From Candidatus Fervidifonticultor secundus (lineage in GTDB: Bacteria; Sysuimicrobiota; Sysuimicrobiia; Sysuimicrobiales; Humicultoraceae): a stretch of DNA of 64,000 bases. Of the stretch, positions 18,126 through 27,280 are shown one piece after another. The notes beneath the pieces were generated by a model that was not told where the DNA came from, did not search any database, and saw only the letters and a list, made by a program, of their open reading frames with translations. Made by a program: the position numbers and the translations under genes. Position 1 is the stretch's first letter. Each line of letters starts with the position of its first letter. The stretch spans positions 32,001 to 96,000 of the forward strand of contig JAVKIP010000006.1 of NCBI GenBank assembly GCA_031459385.1, written 5' to 3'.

Positions 18126-19661
18126 ATGAGCAGTCCCTGGCTGGACGCGCTGGTCGCGGTGCTGAGCCCGCACGTCTTGGTCCCTATGACGATCGGGGTG
18201 GCGGCGGGGCTGATCGGCGGCGCCGTGCCCGGTATCACCATCACCCTCACGGTGATCCTGGTCCTCCCCTTCACCTTCGGCATGGACCCTCTCCAGGGGC
18301 TGGCCACCATGATCGGTGTCTACGTGGGCGGCGAGTCGGGCGGACTGGTGACCGCCACGTTGCTGGGCATCCCCGGGACACCGTCGGCCATCGCCACCAC
18401 TTTCGACGGCTATCCCATGGCCCGGCGCGGCGAGCCGGGCCGGGCGGTATGGCTGGGCATCTGGGCCGGCCTGCTGGGCGGCCTGCTGGCTGGCATCCCT
18501 CTGGTGATGGGCGCCCTGACGCTGGCGCGTCTGGCCCTCTCGTTCGGCCCGTGGGAGTACTTCAGCCTCTTCGCTTTGACCCTCAGCATCGTCTCAGGCC
18601 TTTCCGAACAGTCGCTGCTGAAGGGCCTCCTCTCCGCCACCGTCGGCCTCCTGGTGACGGTCATCGGCTCCGATCCCATGATGGGCGTGGCCCGGTTCAC
18701 CTTCGGGCATGAAGTGCTGCGCAGCGGGTTCCCCTTCCTCGCGGTGCTGATCGGCGTCTACGCCTTTGCCCAGCTGATGAGCGAGCTGGAACGGCAGGCA
18801 CGGCCGGGCGCAGCCGCCGTCCGCCCGGTGGACCTCTCCGTCTCCCACCTGAGGGTGATCCGCGAGATCCTGGGGCAGTGGGGCAATCTCGTGCGGTCCA
18901 CCTTGATCGGTCTGTGGATCGGCATCCTGCCGGCGGTGGGCGGGTCGGCGGCCAACGTGCTGGCCTACGACCAGGCCAAGAAGGCCTCCCGCACGCCTGA
19001 ACGGTTTGGCGCGGGCATTCCCGATGGCATCATCGCCAGCGAGTCGTCCAACAATGCCAACATCGCCGGGTCACTGGTCACCATGATGGCGTTCGGCATT
19101 CCTGGCGATGCGGTCACGGCCGTGATGCTCGGCGCCCTGATCATCCACGGCATCGCCCCAGGGCCCACGTTCATCGCCTCGCGTCCCCATCTGGCCTATG
19201 GCATCTTCGGCGCGTACTTTACCGCCACCATCCTCACGGTGCTGGTAGAAGCCGGTCTGCTGCGCATCGTCTTGCGGGTGGTGCGGGCACCGCTGCACCT
19301 GCTGGTGCCCGTGATTCTGGTCCTGGCGGCGGTGGGGACGTATGCCCTCAACAACCTCATCGCCAACGTGTGGGTGCTGTTCGCCTTCGGCATCGTCGGC
19401 TACCTGATGGTGAAGACGGGCTTCCCGCTGGCGCCGTTGATCCTGGGGGTCATCCTGGGCGACCAGATCGAGGTGAACCTCATCCGGGCGCTGATGACCG
19501 AGCCCAACCCGCTGCTATTCGTCACGCGGCCGCTGTCCGGGCTGATGCTGGCACTGGCCGTGGGCAGCTTTGCCCTGGGCGTGCTCCAGCAGCGCCGGCA
19601 GGCCCGCGCCCGCACGACACCGGCCGTGGTCCCGCCCGCGCAGGCCGCGGAGGCGGGATGA
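18126..19661 (+). CDS. tctA: Tripartite tricarboxylate transporter large permease
   Basis: GAVPG, GIPGTPSAIATTFDGYPMA, ASESSNNA, FGIPGD. Confidence 0.93.
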   Translation: MSSPWLDALVAVLSPHVLVPMTIGVAAGLIGGAVPGITITLTVILVLPFTFGMDPLQGLATMIGVYVGGESGGLVTATLLGIPGTPSAIATTFDGYPMARRGEPGRAVWLGIWAGLLGGLLAGIPLVMGALTLARLALSFGPWEYFSLFALTLSIVSGLSEQSLLKGLLSATVGLLVTVIGSDPMMGVARFTFGHEVLRSGFPFLAVLIGVYAFAQLMSELERQARPGAAAVRPVDLSVSHLRVIREILGQWGNLVRSTLIGLWIGILPAVGGSAANVLAYDQAKKASRTPERFGAGIPDGIIASESSNNANIAGSLVTMMAFGIPGDAVTAVMLGALIIHGIAPGPTFIASRPHLAYGIFGAYFTATILTVLVEAGLLRIVLRVVRAPLHLLVPVILVLAAVGTYALNNLIANVWVLFAFGIVGYLMVKTGFPLAPLILGVILGDQIEVNLIRALMTEPNPLLFVTRPLSGLMLALAVGSFALGVLQQRRQARARTTPAVVPPAQAAEAG

Positions 19662-20506
19662 CGACGGCCGGCGCGCTGCGGCCCTGGACGCACGGCGCCG
19701 TCACCGCCCTCGGCCTGGCGGGTTTCGGTGCCATCGGGCAGCGCGTGGCCGTGGCGGTGGAGCGCACGCTGCCGATGCTGCACCTGGCCGCCATCACCAG
19801 CGGTGATCTGGACAAGGCCCGCGCCCGGGCCGCCACGCTCCTGCAGACGCCGCCGCCCGTCGTGCCCCTGGCCGAGCTGGTGGCGCTGGCCGACGTGGTG
19901 GTGGAAGCCGCACCCGCGGCGGCCTTCGACGGTATTGCCACCGCGGTGCTGGAGGCCGGCAAGCTCCTGCTGGTGGTCAGCGGCGGCGCGCTGCTCGACC
20001 GCTACGACGCCTACACCGACCTCGCACGGCGCCGTGGCGGACGGCTCTACGTGGCCTCGGGGGCCGTCGGCGGCCTGGATGCCCTGGCGGCCGCCGCGAC
20101 CGGCGAGGTAGACGCCGTGGTCATGACCACCCGCAAACCCCCGGCCGCGCTGGCTGGCGCGCCGTACCTGCGCGCGCACGGCATCGACGTCCTGGCACTG
20201 GCCGCCCCGCAGGTCGTCTTCGAGGGCACCGCCCGCGAGGCGTGCCGGGGCTTCCCCGCCAACGTCAACGTGGCCGCCGCCGTCAGCCTGGCGGGCATCG
20301 GCCCCGACCGGACCGGGGTGCGCATCATCGCCGACCCCCGCGTCACCCGTAACATGCACGAGGTCGAGGTTACCGGGGCCTTCGGCCGGTTTTGCATGCA
20401 GGTCGAGAACGTCCCCACCGAGAACCCCCGCACCGGCGTCCTGGCCGCCCAGTCGGTGGTGGCGGCGCTGCGCAAGCTGGCGGCACCGGTGTGGGTGGGG
20501 ACGTAG
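19658..20506 (+). CDS. nadX: L-aspartate dehydrogenase family protein (DUF108)
   Basis: GFGAIG, VVEAA, SGAVGGLD, TRKPP, FPANVNVAAA, HE, ENPRT. Confidence 0.82.
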   Translation: MTTAGALRPWTHGAVTALGLAGFGAIGQRVAVAVERTLPMLHLAAITSGDLDKARARAATLLQTPPPVVPLAELVALADVVVEAAPAAAFDGIATAVLEAGKLLLVVSGGALLDRYDAYTDLARRRGGRLYVASGAVGGLDALAAAATGEVDAVVMTTRKPPAALAGAPYLRAHGIDVLALAAPQVVFEGTAREACRGFPANVNVAAAVSLAGIGPDRTGVRIIADPRVTRNMHEVEVTGAFGRFCMQVENVPTENPRTGVLAAQSVVAALRKLAAPVWVGT

Positions 20507-20559
20507 GAGCGGGGTTACCGGCGGGTGAGCGCCAGCACGCGCCGGCGCGCGACCAGATC

Positions 20560-20810
20560 CCGCACGATCAGCCGCACAGGGCCGGGCCGTACCTCGTTGA
20601 ACTCATGGCCCGCACAGGGCTAGCGCGCACATGGCGGTGTTGGCCCGGGGTGACCGGTCGCGGGTGGTCTACGTCAGCCACGAGCGGAGCGCCACAGGCA
20701 GCTGCAGGGAGTCTGGCGCCAAAGGTTCGCGGTCGACGACGAGGAGTTCCACAGGAGACCCCGCGTGCTCACGGACGTCGCCGGACGCCTCTCCCGGAGC
20801 TCCGCACGAG
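20560..20810 (+). pseudogene. IclR family regulator remnant
   Basis: Fragments in different frames: AGPYLVELMARTGL / AHMAVLARGDRSRVVYV / LQGVWRQRFAVDDEEF. Confidence 0.6.
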
Positions 20811-20823
20811 GGACACGGGGCTG

Positions 20824-21945
20824 CTACGCCCCGAGGCCCCACGGCCCCACCTCCACCAGCCGCTCTACCTCAGCGCGTCCCGCACCCGCAATGCCGAGAC
20901 GCTCCGCGGTGAGCCCGACGCGCCGGTAGTCGACACCGGTCGCCACCGAGGCCAGCTGGATGAACGCCTCCACCGTGGGCACCGGCGCGCCTGCCGCCTG
21001 TGCAAAGGCCAGCAGGGGTACCAGGCCGTAGCCGATGTCCTCCTCCATGTAGCGGCCCTCGAGACTGGCCGGGCCCCGGATGTAGCGGTTGGGCACGCTG
21101 TCTCGCAGCGCCTCAAACACCGAGCCCGCCTGCCACGCGCGGCGCGAAGTGTATCCCGCCTGGTAGAAGGTGTCCAGGAACGTCGGCGCGTCGATCCCGT
21201 AGGCGGCGGCCACCGCGCGGCGCTCGCGGTCGAGGGCCTCAATGGCCCGGGCCACGGCCGGCGTGGTGCCTTCATAGTAGTAGAAGAACTGGCCGGCGGT
21301 GTGCTCGATCCAACCGGCGTTCATGACGGTCCCCGGCGGGTGCAGCACCGCGTTCAGGTTGGTGAGGGAGGTGGCCAGCACCGTGGGGACCAGCTGGGTC
21401 TGGGGGTAGTAGCGGGCGAGCCGGCGGTACGCGTCCTCCCGGGCGGCGACCGGCAGGATCCCCACCCGGACGGCGCGCGCAGGGCCGGTGATGTTGACCC
21501 GGGTCGGCGAGGCCATCCGGCAGATGTACGTGAGCGTGTTGAGCTCGGCGATGGGCGCCCGCGGTGCCCGGCGCTGCGCCAGGAGGCGAGCCACGTTGAG
21601 GGCGCTACCCGTGTTGCTGGCGTTGAGCACGATCAGTTGCTCGGGCTGCAGGCAGTCCGCCAGAGCCGCCGCGTAGTACGCATGACCGGGCGCCGGCGCC
21701 GTCACCATCACCATGTCAGCTCCGCGCACGGCCTCGGCCACCTCGGTGGTGATGCGCGCCACCGGCACCGTGGCGTCGCCCAGCGCCCCGGTCATCTCCA
21801 CCGCGCCCAGGCGCTGGAACGGCGCCAGGCGCTCGGGGCTCCGGTTGCAAAGCGCGACCCGAAAGCCCCGCAGTCCCAGGTCCGCCGCAGCTGCGACTCC
21901 GCCGTTTCCCGCGCCCAGCACGGCCACGTCGACCCGATCGTCCAT
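20824..21945 (-). CDS. NAD(P)-dependent opine (octopine/nopaline) dehydrogenase family
   Basis: VLGAGNGG, LTNLNAVLHP, FYYYEG, LDRER, RYMEEDIGYGLVP. Confidence 0.88.
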   Translation of the reverse strand: MDDRVDVAVLGAGNGGVAAAADLGLRGFRVALCNRSPERLAPFQRLGAVEMTGALGDATVPVARITTEVAEAVRGADMVMVTAPAPGHAYYAAALADCLQPEQLIVLNASNTGSALNVARLLAQRRAPRAPIAELNTLTYICRMASPTRVNITGPARAVRVGILPVAAREDAYRRLARYYPQTQLVPTVLATSLTNLNAVLHPPGTVMNAGWIEHTAGQFFYYYEGTTPAVARAIEALDRERRAVAAAYGIDAPTFLDTFYQAGYTSRRAWQAGSVFEALRDSVPNRYIRGPASLEGRYMEEDIGYGLVPLLAFAQAAGAPVPTVEAFIQLASVATGVDYRRVGLTAERLGIAGAGRAEVERLVEVGPWGLGA

Positions 21946-21947
21946 GC

Positions 21948-23105
21948 TTACCCCCATGCCACGCGGTACCGGGCCAGCTTCTCAGGGTCCACGGTGATGC
22001 CGAGCCCCGGGCCCGTGGGGACGTGCAACGCACCATCGCGGTAGAGGAAGGGCTCGGTCACGACGTCGTCCACGTAGATCCGGCCGGCAACCTGCGTCTG
22101 CTCCTTGCCCTGCACCGTGGTGACGGGAATGATCGCCGGCAGCGTCACGGCCGCGGATGCGGCGGCCAGGTGGAGGTTCGCCGCGTTGGCGATGCCGAAC
22201 TCGATCGAGCCCCCTAGGTCTGCCTCCATCCCCGCAGCCTCCAGAACGGCCGCCATCTGGCGGGCCCGGTAGAGACCTCCTGGCTTGGTGACGTACAGCG
22301 AGACGTACCGGGCCGCGCCTGCCTCGCGCAGGTGCAGGACGTCCCGAGGCGTCCAGGCACTCTCATCCGCCATGAGGGGCACGCTCACCGCCCGTGCCAC
22401 CGCCGCCAGCTCGTCGATGCCCTCCGCGGGCTGCTCGGCGAACGCCAGCCCGTACGCCTCCATGGCCCGGATGGTCCGGATCGCGACGGGTACCGTGTAG
22501 CCCTGGTTCGCGTCCAGTCGGATCTCCACCCCGGACCCCACCGCGGCTCGCACGGCTTCCACCGCGCGCACGTCGCGTATCGGGTCGGGACCGCCCTTAA
22601 CCTTGATATGCCGGATTCCCTCTCCGACCACCTGCCTCGCCTCGTCCGCTGCCGCCGCCACGTCCATGAGCCCGAGACTGTGCCCGACTGCGATCCAGTC
22701 TCGGACCTTCCCCCCCAGGAGGTCGTAGACGGGCACGCCGAGCGCCCGGCCCTTGAGGTCGTGGAGGGCGATGTCGAGGGCGGCCTTGGCGTAGGGATGT
22801 CCCTTCACCACCTGGTCCATCACGTGGTGGACGCGGGGGATGTCGAAGACGTCCACGCCGGCCAGCGCGGGAAGGATGAGGTCGATGAGCACGTGGCGTA
22901 CCGTCTGCGGGGTCTCGCCGTAGTACCGCATATAGGCCCCGCCCCAGTCCGGCAGGCACGGGGTCTCGCCCCATCCCTCCACTCCGTCCTCGCCGTGCAC
23001 CCGCGCCACCACGTACCGACCGATGGGCCCCCGTAGCCCGGCCCACCGGTGCGCGCGCCGCGTCGGCAGCCCCACCAGCATGAGCTCCAGGTCGACGATC
23101 CTCAT
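21948..23105 (-). CDS. Enolase-superfamily enzyme, muconate lactonizing enzyme subgroup
   Basis: GWGE, AALDIALHDLKG, IKVK, DANQG, EQP, DES, PTGPGLG. Confidence 0.9.
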   Translation of the reverse strand: MRIVDLELMLVGLPTRRAHRWAGLRGPIGRYVVARVHGEDGVEGWGETPCLPDWGGAYMRYYGETPQTVRHVLIDLILPALAGVDVFDIPRVHHVMDQVVKGHPYAKAALDIALHDLKGRALGVPVYDLLGGKVRDWIAVGHSLGLMDVAAAADEARQVVGEGIRHIKVKGGPDPIRDVRAVEAVRAAVGSGVEIRLDANQGYTVPVAIRTIRAMEAYGLAFAEQPAEGIDELAAVARAVSVPLMADESAWTPRDVLHLREAGAARYVSLYVTKPGGLYRARQMAAVLEAAGMEADLGGSIEFGIANAANLHLAAASAAVTLPAIIPVTTVQGKEQTQVAGRIYVDDVVTEPFLYRDGALHVPTGPGLGITVDPEKLARYRVAWG

Positions 23106-23144
23106 GATCCTGCCACCCGTGCCTGCTGGTCCGACGCCTGCCGC

Positions 23145-24491
23145 TCAGTACGACCGGAGCAGGCGGCCCGCCGGAGGCCCGACCGGCTGGCCGTCGCGGA
23201 AGGCCACCCGTCCGCCCTTGATGGTCAGAACCGGCCACCCCTTGAGGGTCATGCCGTGGGCCGCGGTCTTGAGGGGTGAGGATGTGGTCTGCGGACTGAC
23301 CACGCGCTCCTGCTCCATGTCCACCAGGACCAGGTCGGCGTCCTTGCCGACGGCGATGGCACCCTTGCGGTCGTCGATGTGGTAGAGTCGCGCGGGGGCG
23401 AGGCACGCCACGCGCACGAGATCGTGCACCGTGATACGGCCCTTGTGCACTCCCTCCGAGAGGAGCAAGGGCAACGCCACTTCGATGCCCGGCATCCCGG
23501 CGGTCACGCGCCAGAGGTCGTCGGTCTCGTGCTTGTCGCAGGAGATGTGGTCGGTACCCACGGTCGCGATGGCGCCCGACCGCAGACCGGCCCACAGGCG
23601 TTCGCCGTTGGCACGGTCGCGCAGCGGCGGGTTCATCTTCCCGATAGCACCGATCCGGTTGCCGGCCTCTTCGGGGAACACGGTGAGGAACTGGACCAGG
23701 GTTTCCAGGATGAGGGGCCGCCGCGTCCACTTCGCCGCCGCCTCGATGCCCTCGGCAGCCGCCATGTGGAGCACCACGGCACGGCACCCGGTGACCTCAC
23801 TGAGGTAGGCCATGGTGTGGATGTCGGCAACCTCGCAGAAGGCCGGGCGCGCATCAGTCCACGCCTGCAGGTCTCGCCGTCCCGTGGCCTGGATCGCCGG
23901 GAGCGTATAGCGGACGATCTCGACGTCCTCGCAATGCAGGGCGCACAGCCCGTCGAACGCCGCGCACTGCCGCATGGTCAGGTACGCGTCGCCGTCGTCG
24001 AGGGGCTCGATGTCCAGCTCCGCCACGGCCCTCACACGGTAGTCCAGATGAAGCTTGTAGCATAGCACCCCGAAGCGTTCCCGGTACAGCGGGATCTCCT
24101 CGATATGCTGGGGGGTCTGGATCTGCAGGTGGACCAGCACGTCGCAGTAGGAACGCGCGGCCACCACCTGCTCCCAGGCGGGGTAGGCCTGCAGGTAGGA
24201 GGTCTTGGCCCGCATGTGGGGCATCATGACGGTGGTGCCGCCGGCCAGGGCGGCCACGCTGGTCTGCTCCACGTCCACGTCGAACGGGTAGTGCACCCCC
24301 AGGTGGATGTGGGGCTCCACCCGCCCCGGCAGCAGGACGTGCTCGCGCCCATCGACGACCTCTTCGGCCCGCGGGGGATCGCCGTCACCGAGACCGACGA
24401 TCTTCCCGTCCCGGACCGCCACCCAGCCGTGGAAGATGGTTTCGGGGGTGACGACCCGGCAGTTGCGGACGACCAGGTCAACGCCCGGCAT
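23145..24491 (-). CDS. Cyclic amidohydrolase (dihydroorotase/allantoinase/hydantoinase family)
   Basis: HIH, AALAGGTT, YK, HCED, KMNPPLR, GTDH, GKDADLV. Confidence 0.9.
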   Translation of the reverse strand: MPGVDLVVRNCRVVTPETIFHGWVAVRDGKIVGLGDGDPPRAEEVVDGREHVLLPGRVEPHIHLGVHYPFDVDVEQTSVAALAGGTTVMMPHMRAKTSYLQAYPAWEQVVAARSYCDVLVHLQIQTPQHIEEIPLYRERFGVLCYKLHLDYRVRAVAELDIEPLDDGDAYLTMRQCAAFDGLCALHCEDVEIVRYTLPAIQATGRRDLQAWTDARPAFCEVADIHTMAYLSEVTGCRAVVLHMAAAEGIEAAAKWTRRPLILETLVQFLTVFPEEAGNRIGAIGKMNPPLRDRANGERLWAGLRSGAIATVGTDHISCDKHETDDLWRVTAGMPGIEVALPLLLSEGVHKGRITVHDLVRVACLAPARLYHIDDRKGAIAVGKDADLVLVDMEQERVVSPQTTSSPLKTAAHGMTLKGWPVLTIKGGRVAFRDGQPVGPPAGRLLRSY

Positions 24492-25110
24492 GGGCCACCT
24501 CCAGCATGGCCAGCACCTGGTCGGAAGTCACGACGGCGCCGCAGTACTGGGCCCAGACCGCCAGGGCCATCTCGTGCCAGTCGCGGCGCACCCCGCCGAT
24601 GCAGTCCGATACGATGAGCAGGTCGTAGTCGCGCATGTACGCCTCCCGGATGGTGGTGTCCACGCAGGCGTTGGTGGTGGAGCCGGTGATGATCAACGTG
24701 CGGCGGCCCAGGATGCGCAGCAAGACTTCCAGCCGCGTCCCGTAGAACACGCTGAACTTGTGCTTTTCGATCAGGTGGCTGCGCGCGTCGATCAGCGGCT
24801 TGAGCTCGTCTACGATCTGGGCGTCCCACGTACCCGGCTGACAGGCGAGCCGGGCGCGCTTGGCAGTGTGTGGCTGGATCCGGTGCAGGGTCCGGGTGCG
24901 GTCCTCCGGCAGATGGTGCTGCAGGCTCCAGATGTCCGGAATCCCGACGGCCTTGCACGCCGCGATCAGGCGCCGCAGCGGCGGGACGATGGCCGCCAGG
25001 AGGCTCATGTCCACGCCGCTCAGGCCCAGGGTCCCCTCCAGGTGGAGGAAGGCGTTTTGGGCGTCGATCACCAGCAGCGCCGTGTCGTGGATGTCGAGGG
25101 TGTAGTTCAC
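24478..25110 (-). CDS. Isochorismatase-family cysteine hydrolase
   Basis: VIDAQN, EKHKFS, TTNACV (Asp-Lys-Cys triad). Confidence 0.9.
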   Translation of the reverse strand: MNYTLDIHDTALLVIDAQNAFLHLEGTLGLSGVDMSLLAAIVPPLRRLIAACKAVGIPDIWSLQHHLPEDRTRTLHRIQPHTAKRARLACQPGTWDAQIVDELKPLIDARSHLIEKHKFSVFYGTRLEVLLRILGRRTLIITGSTTNACVDTTIREAYMRDYDLLIVSDCIGGVRRDWHEMALAVWAQYCGAVVTSDQVLAMLEVAHAGR

Positions 25111-25207
25111 GGGGATCCCTCCTTGATCGAAGGTCCGGCGGACGGACCGATGCTGCGTCCGGCGTGCCCGGGCAGCGCCGCGTCGCGCGGCACGAGGTCC
25201 CAGGTCG

Positions 25208-26137
25208 TCACGGCGCGCTCAGCTCCTTGGCCAAGATCCGCGTGATCCCCAGCCACTGGCTCAGACCCACCGTGCGGGGTGCGCGGCCGCCCAGCCCGCG
25301 GGCCCACACCGTGCGCACGCCCAGCTCCCGCGCGGCCTCCCGGTCTACGCCGCCCGGGGGGCCGCTCAGATCGATCAGCACCGGCTCAGGCCCCAGGCGC
25401 GCCAGGACCTCGCGCGTGAACAGGAGGGCCGGTGCGGTGTTGAAGATCACGCACATGCCCGGAGCCCGGTCGGCCAGGGCGTCCAGCGCGATCACCTCGC
25501 ACCCCATCGCCCAGGCCCGCGCCAGCTGCACGGGGTTGCGGGCGGCCACCGTCACGTGGGCCCCGAGCCCCCGCAGCGTGGCGGCCAGCACGGCCCCGAT
25601 CCGGCCAAACCCCACCACCATGCAGGGGTGGCGGTGCAGCGTGACGTCCGTGTGCTCGACGGCAACCCGAATGGCGCCCTCGGCGATGGCCGGCGCGCGG
25701 AAGAGCATCAGGTCTTCCTCCGCCTCGTACTCCCGCAGGCGCAGACCCAGCGCTGCGGCCGCCTCCGCCATCTGGCGGCTGGCGCGGCCCGTGATGAGGA
25801 TACCGCCGGGGCGCACGTCCCGTAGGCTCTCGGTGTCCACCACCAGCGCGCTCGGGGCGTGCGGGGCGAAGAGGCTGCCGTCCGGTCCGGGCAACGGTAC
25901 CGGGCAGATCACGATGTGGGCGCCGCGCACCGCCTCAGCCACGGTGGCGCTCGCCGTGCCCGTCGGGTCCAGGGTCGGCGGCAGCCCGCACGTACGCACG
26001 CTGGCACCACACCGGGCGGCCTGGCGAGCGATCTCCACCTCGCGGCCGTCGCCACCCAGCACCGCCACCACGTATCCGCGCAGGTCCAGCGCGGGGACGG
26101 CACCTGCCACCGCCGGCGTGTTCGTCGCGGCGCTCAC
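25208..26137 (-). CDS. Dipicolinate synthase subunit A-like NAD(P)-dependent oxidoreductase
   Basis: VLGGDGRE, IAEGAI, TLH, GFGRIG, IFNTAP, IDLSGPPGGVD, GLGGRAP match the DpaA/SpoVFA pattern; GTGA overlap. Confidence 0.75.
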   Translation of the reverse strand: MSAATNTPAVAGAVPALDLRGYVVAVLGGDGREVEIARQAARCGASVRTCGLPPTLDPTGTASATVAEAVRGAHIVICPVPLPGPDGSLFAPHAPSALVVDTESLRDVRPGGILITGRASRQMAEAAAALGLRLREYEAEEDLMLFRAPAIAEGAIRVAVEHTDVTLHRHPCMVVGFGRIGAVLAATLRGLGAHVTVAARNPVQLARAWAMGCEVIALDALADRAPGMCVIFNTAPALLFTREVLARLGPEPVLIDLSGPPGGVDREAARELGVRTVWARGLGGRAPRTVGLSQWLGITRILAKELSAP

Positions 26138-27258
26138 GGTCGGGAGGTCACCTCCATGGTCCACAGCTGCCGTGTGTCGTACCGGTCCGTCAGCACCTCA
26201 CATCCGTCTGCGGTGAGTACCACCGCGTCCTCCAGCTGCATCCCCAGCGTAGGAAACGTCACCAGGGGCTCGATGGCCAGGACCATGCTTTCCTGGAGCA
26301 TGATGTCCGCATAGCGGTTGAGGTAGGGCTCTTCGTGCAGCGTCAGCCCCAGCCCGTGCCCCAGGAAGTGGAAGGTGGGCAGCCCCCACGCTTCCATGCG
26401 CTCCACGTAGGCCCGGTAGACCGCCCGGCTGCTGGCGCCGGGCCGGAGCATCCCCAGGGCCCGCGACCGGCAGTCCACCAGCTTCTGCCACAGCGCCCGC
26501 TGCTCGTCGGTCGGCTCGCCCACCACGGCGGTGCGAGCCACGTCGCAGACGTAGTGCGCCACGGTGCCGATGACGTCGATGCGGACGACCTCTCCGAGCC
26601 GGATCTCCCGGGCCGTGGGCGGCCCGTTGAGCATCGGCGTGCGCTCGCCGGCGGTGACGCTCAGCATGGTGAGGACATCCCCCCCGGCGGCGCTGAACGC
26701 GTCGGCGATCCGCCGTCCGATGTCGGCCTCCGTCATGCCGGGCCACCACGTCCGCAGGGCCTCGTGCGCCACCTGCTCGGCGATCTGCGCCGCCCGGCGC
26801 AGCCGGGCGACCTCGGTCGGCGTCTTGACCATACGCAGGGCCGCCAGGTCCTCGTCGATGGGCACAAGCCGGTCGCCCCCGTCCAGGGCTCGTTCGAGGA
26901 GAAGGTAGTCAGCGTGGTTGAGGTAGCCCGCCTCGACCCCCACCCGCCCCTGCAGGCTTCGGGCACGCATCGCCTCGGCCAGCAGGAGCACCGGTTTCTG
27001 GGTGAACTCGTTGTACGGGGTGATGCGGGACACGTCCGCATGCGCGCGCGCGTGCCCTTCCTCGACGTCCACCACGAACAGCTCGGGCTCACCCTCGCGC
27101 GGCACGAGGACGATGGCGTGCCGGTGTCGGACGATCCGCTGGGACGGGATCACCGCGCCCGTGGTCCAGCACACGTGCTCCGGCGCCATGAGGATCATCG
27201 CCTCCAGCCCCCGGCGGTCCATCGCCTGGCGGAGACGTTCGCGGATCTCCTCGGGCAT
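26134..27258 (-). CDS. M24 (Xaa-Pro) peptidase family, metal ligands intact
   Basis: IDV, CDVART, GHGLG..HEEP, IEP, LED. Confidence 0.88.
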   Translation of the reverse strand: MPEEIRERLRQAMDRRGLEAMILMAPEHVCWTTGAVIPSQRIVRHRHAIVLVPREGEPELFVVDVEEGHARAHADVSRITPYNEFTQKPVLLLAEAMRARSLQGRVGVEAGYLNHADYLLLERALDGGDRLVPIDEDLAALRMVKTPTEVARLRRAAQIAEQVAHEALRTWWPGMTEADIGRRIADAFSAAGGDVLTMLSVTAGERTPMLNGPPTAREIRLGEVVRIDVIGTVAHYVCDVARTAVVGEPTDEQRALWQKLVDCRSRALGMLRPGASSRAVYRAYVERMEAWGLPTFHFLGHGLGLTLHEEPYLNRYADIMLQESMVLAIEPLVTFPTLGMQLEDAVVLTADGCEVLTDRYDTRQLWTMEVTSRP

Positions 27259-27280
27259 CGTCCATCCTCCGGGTCGGCGG

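Noticed and set aside
20505..20515. GGAGCGGG as a second att copy of the tRNA-Gly 3' end
   Set aside because: Only 8 bp match, which is expected by chance at this GC content.
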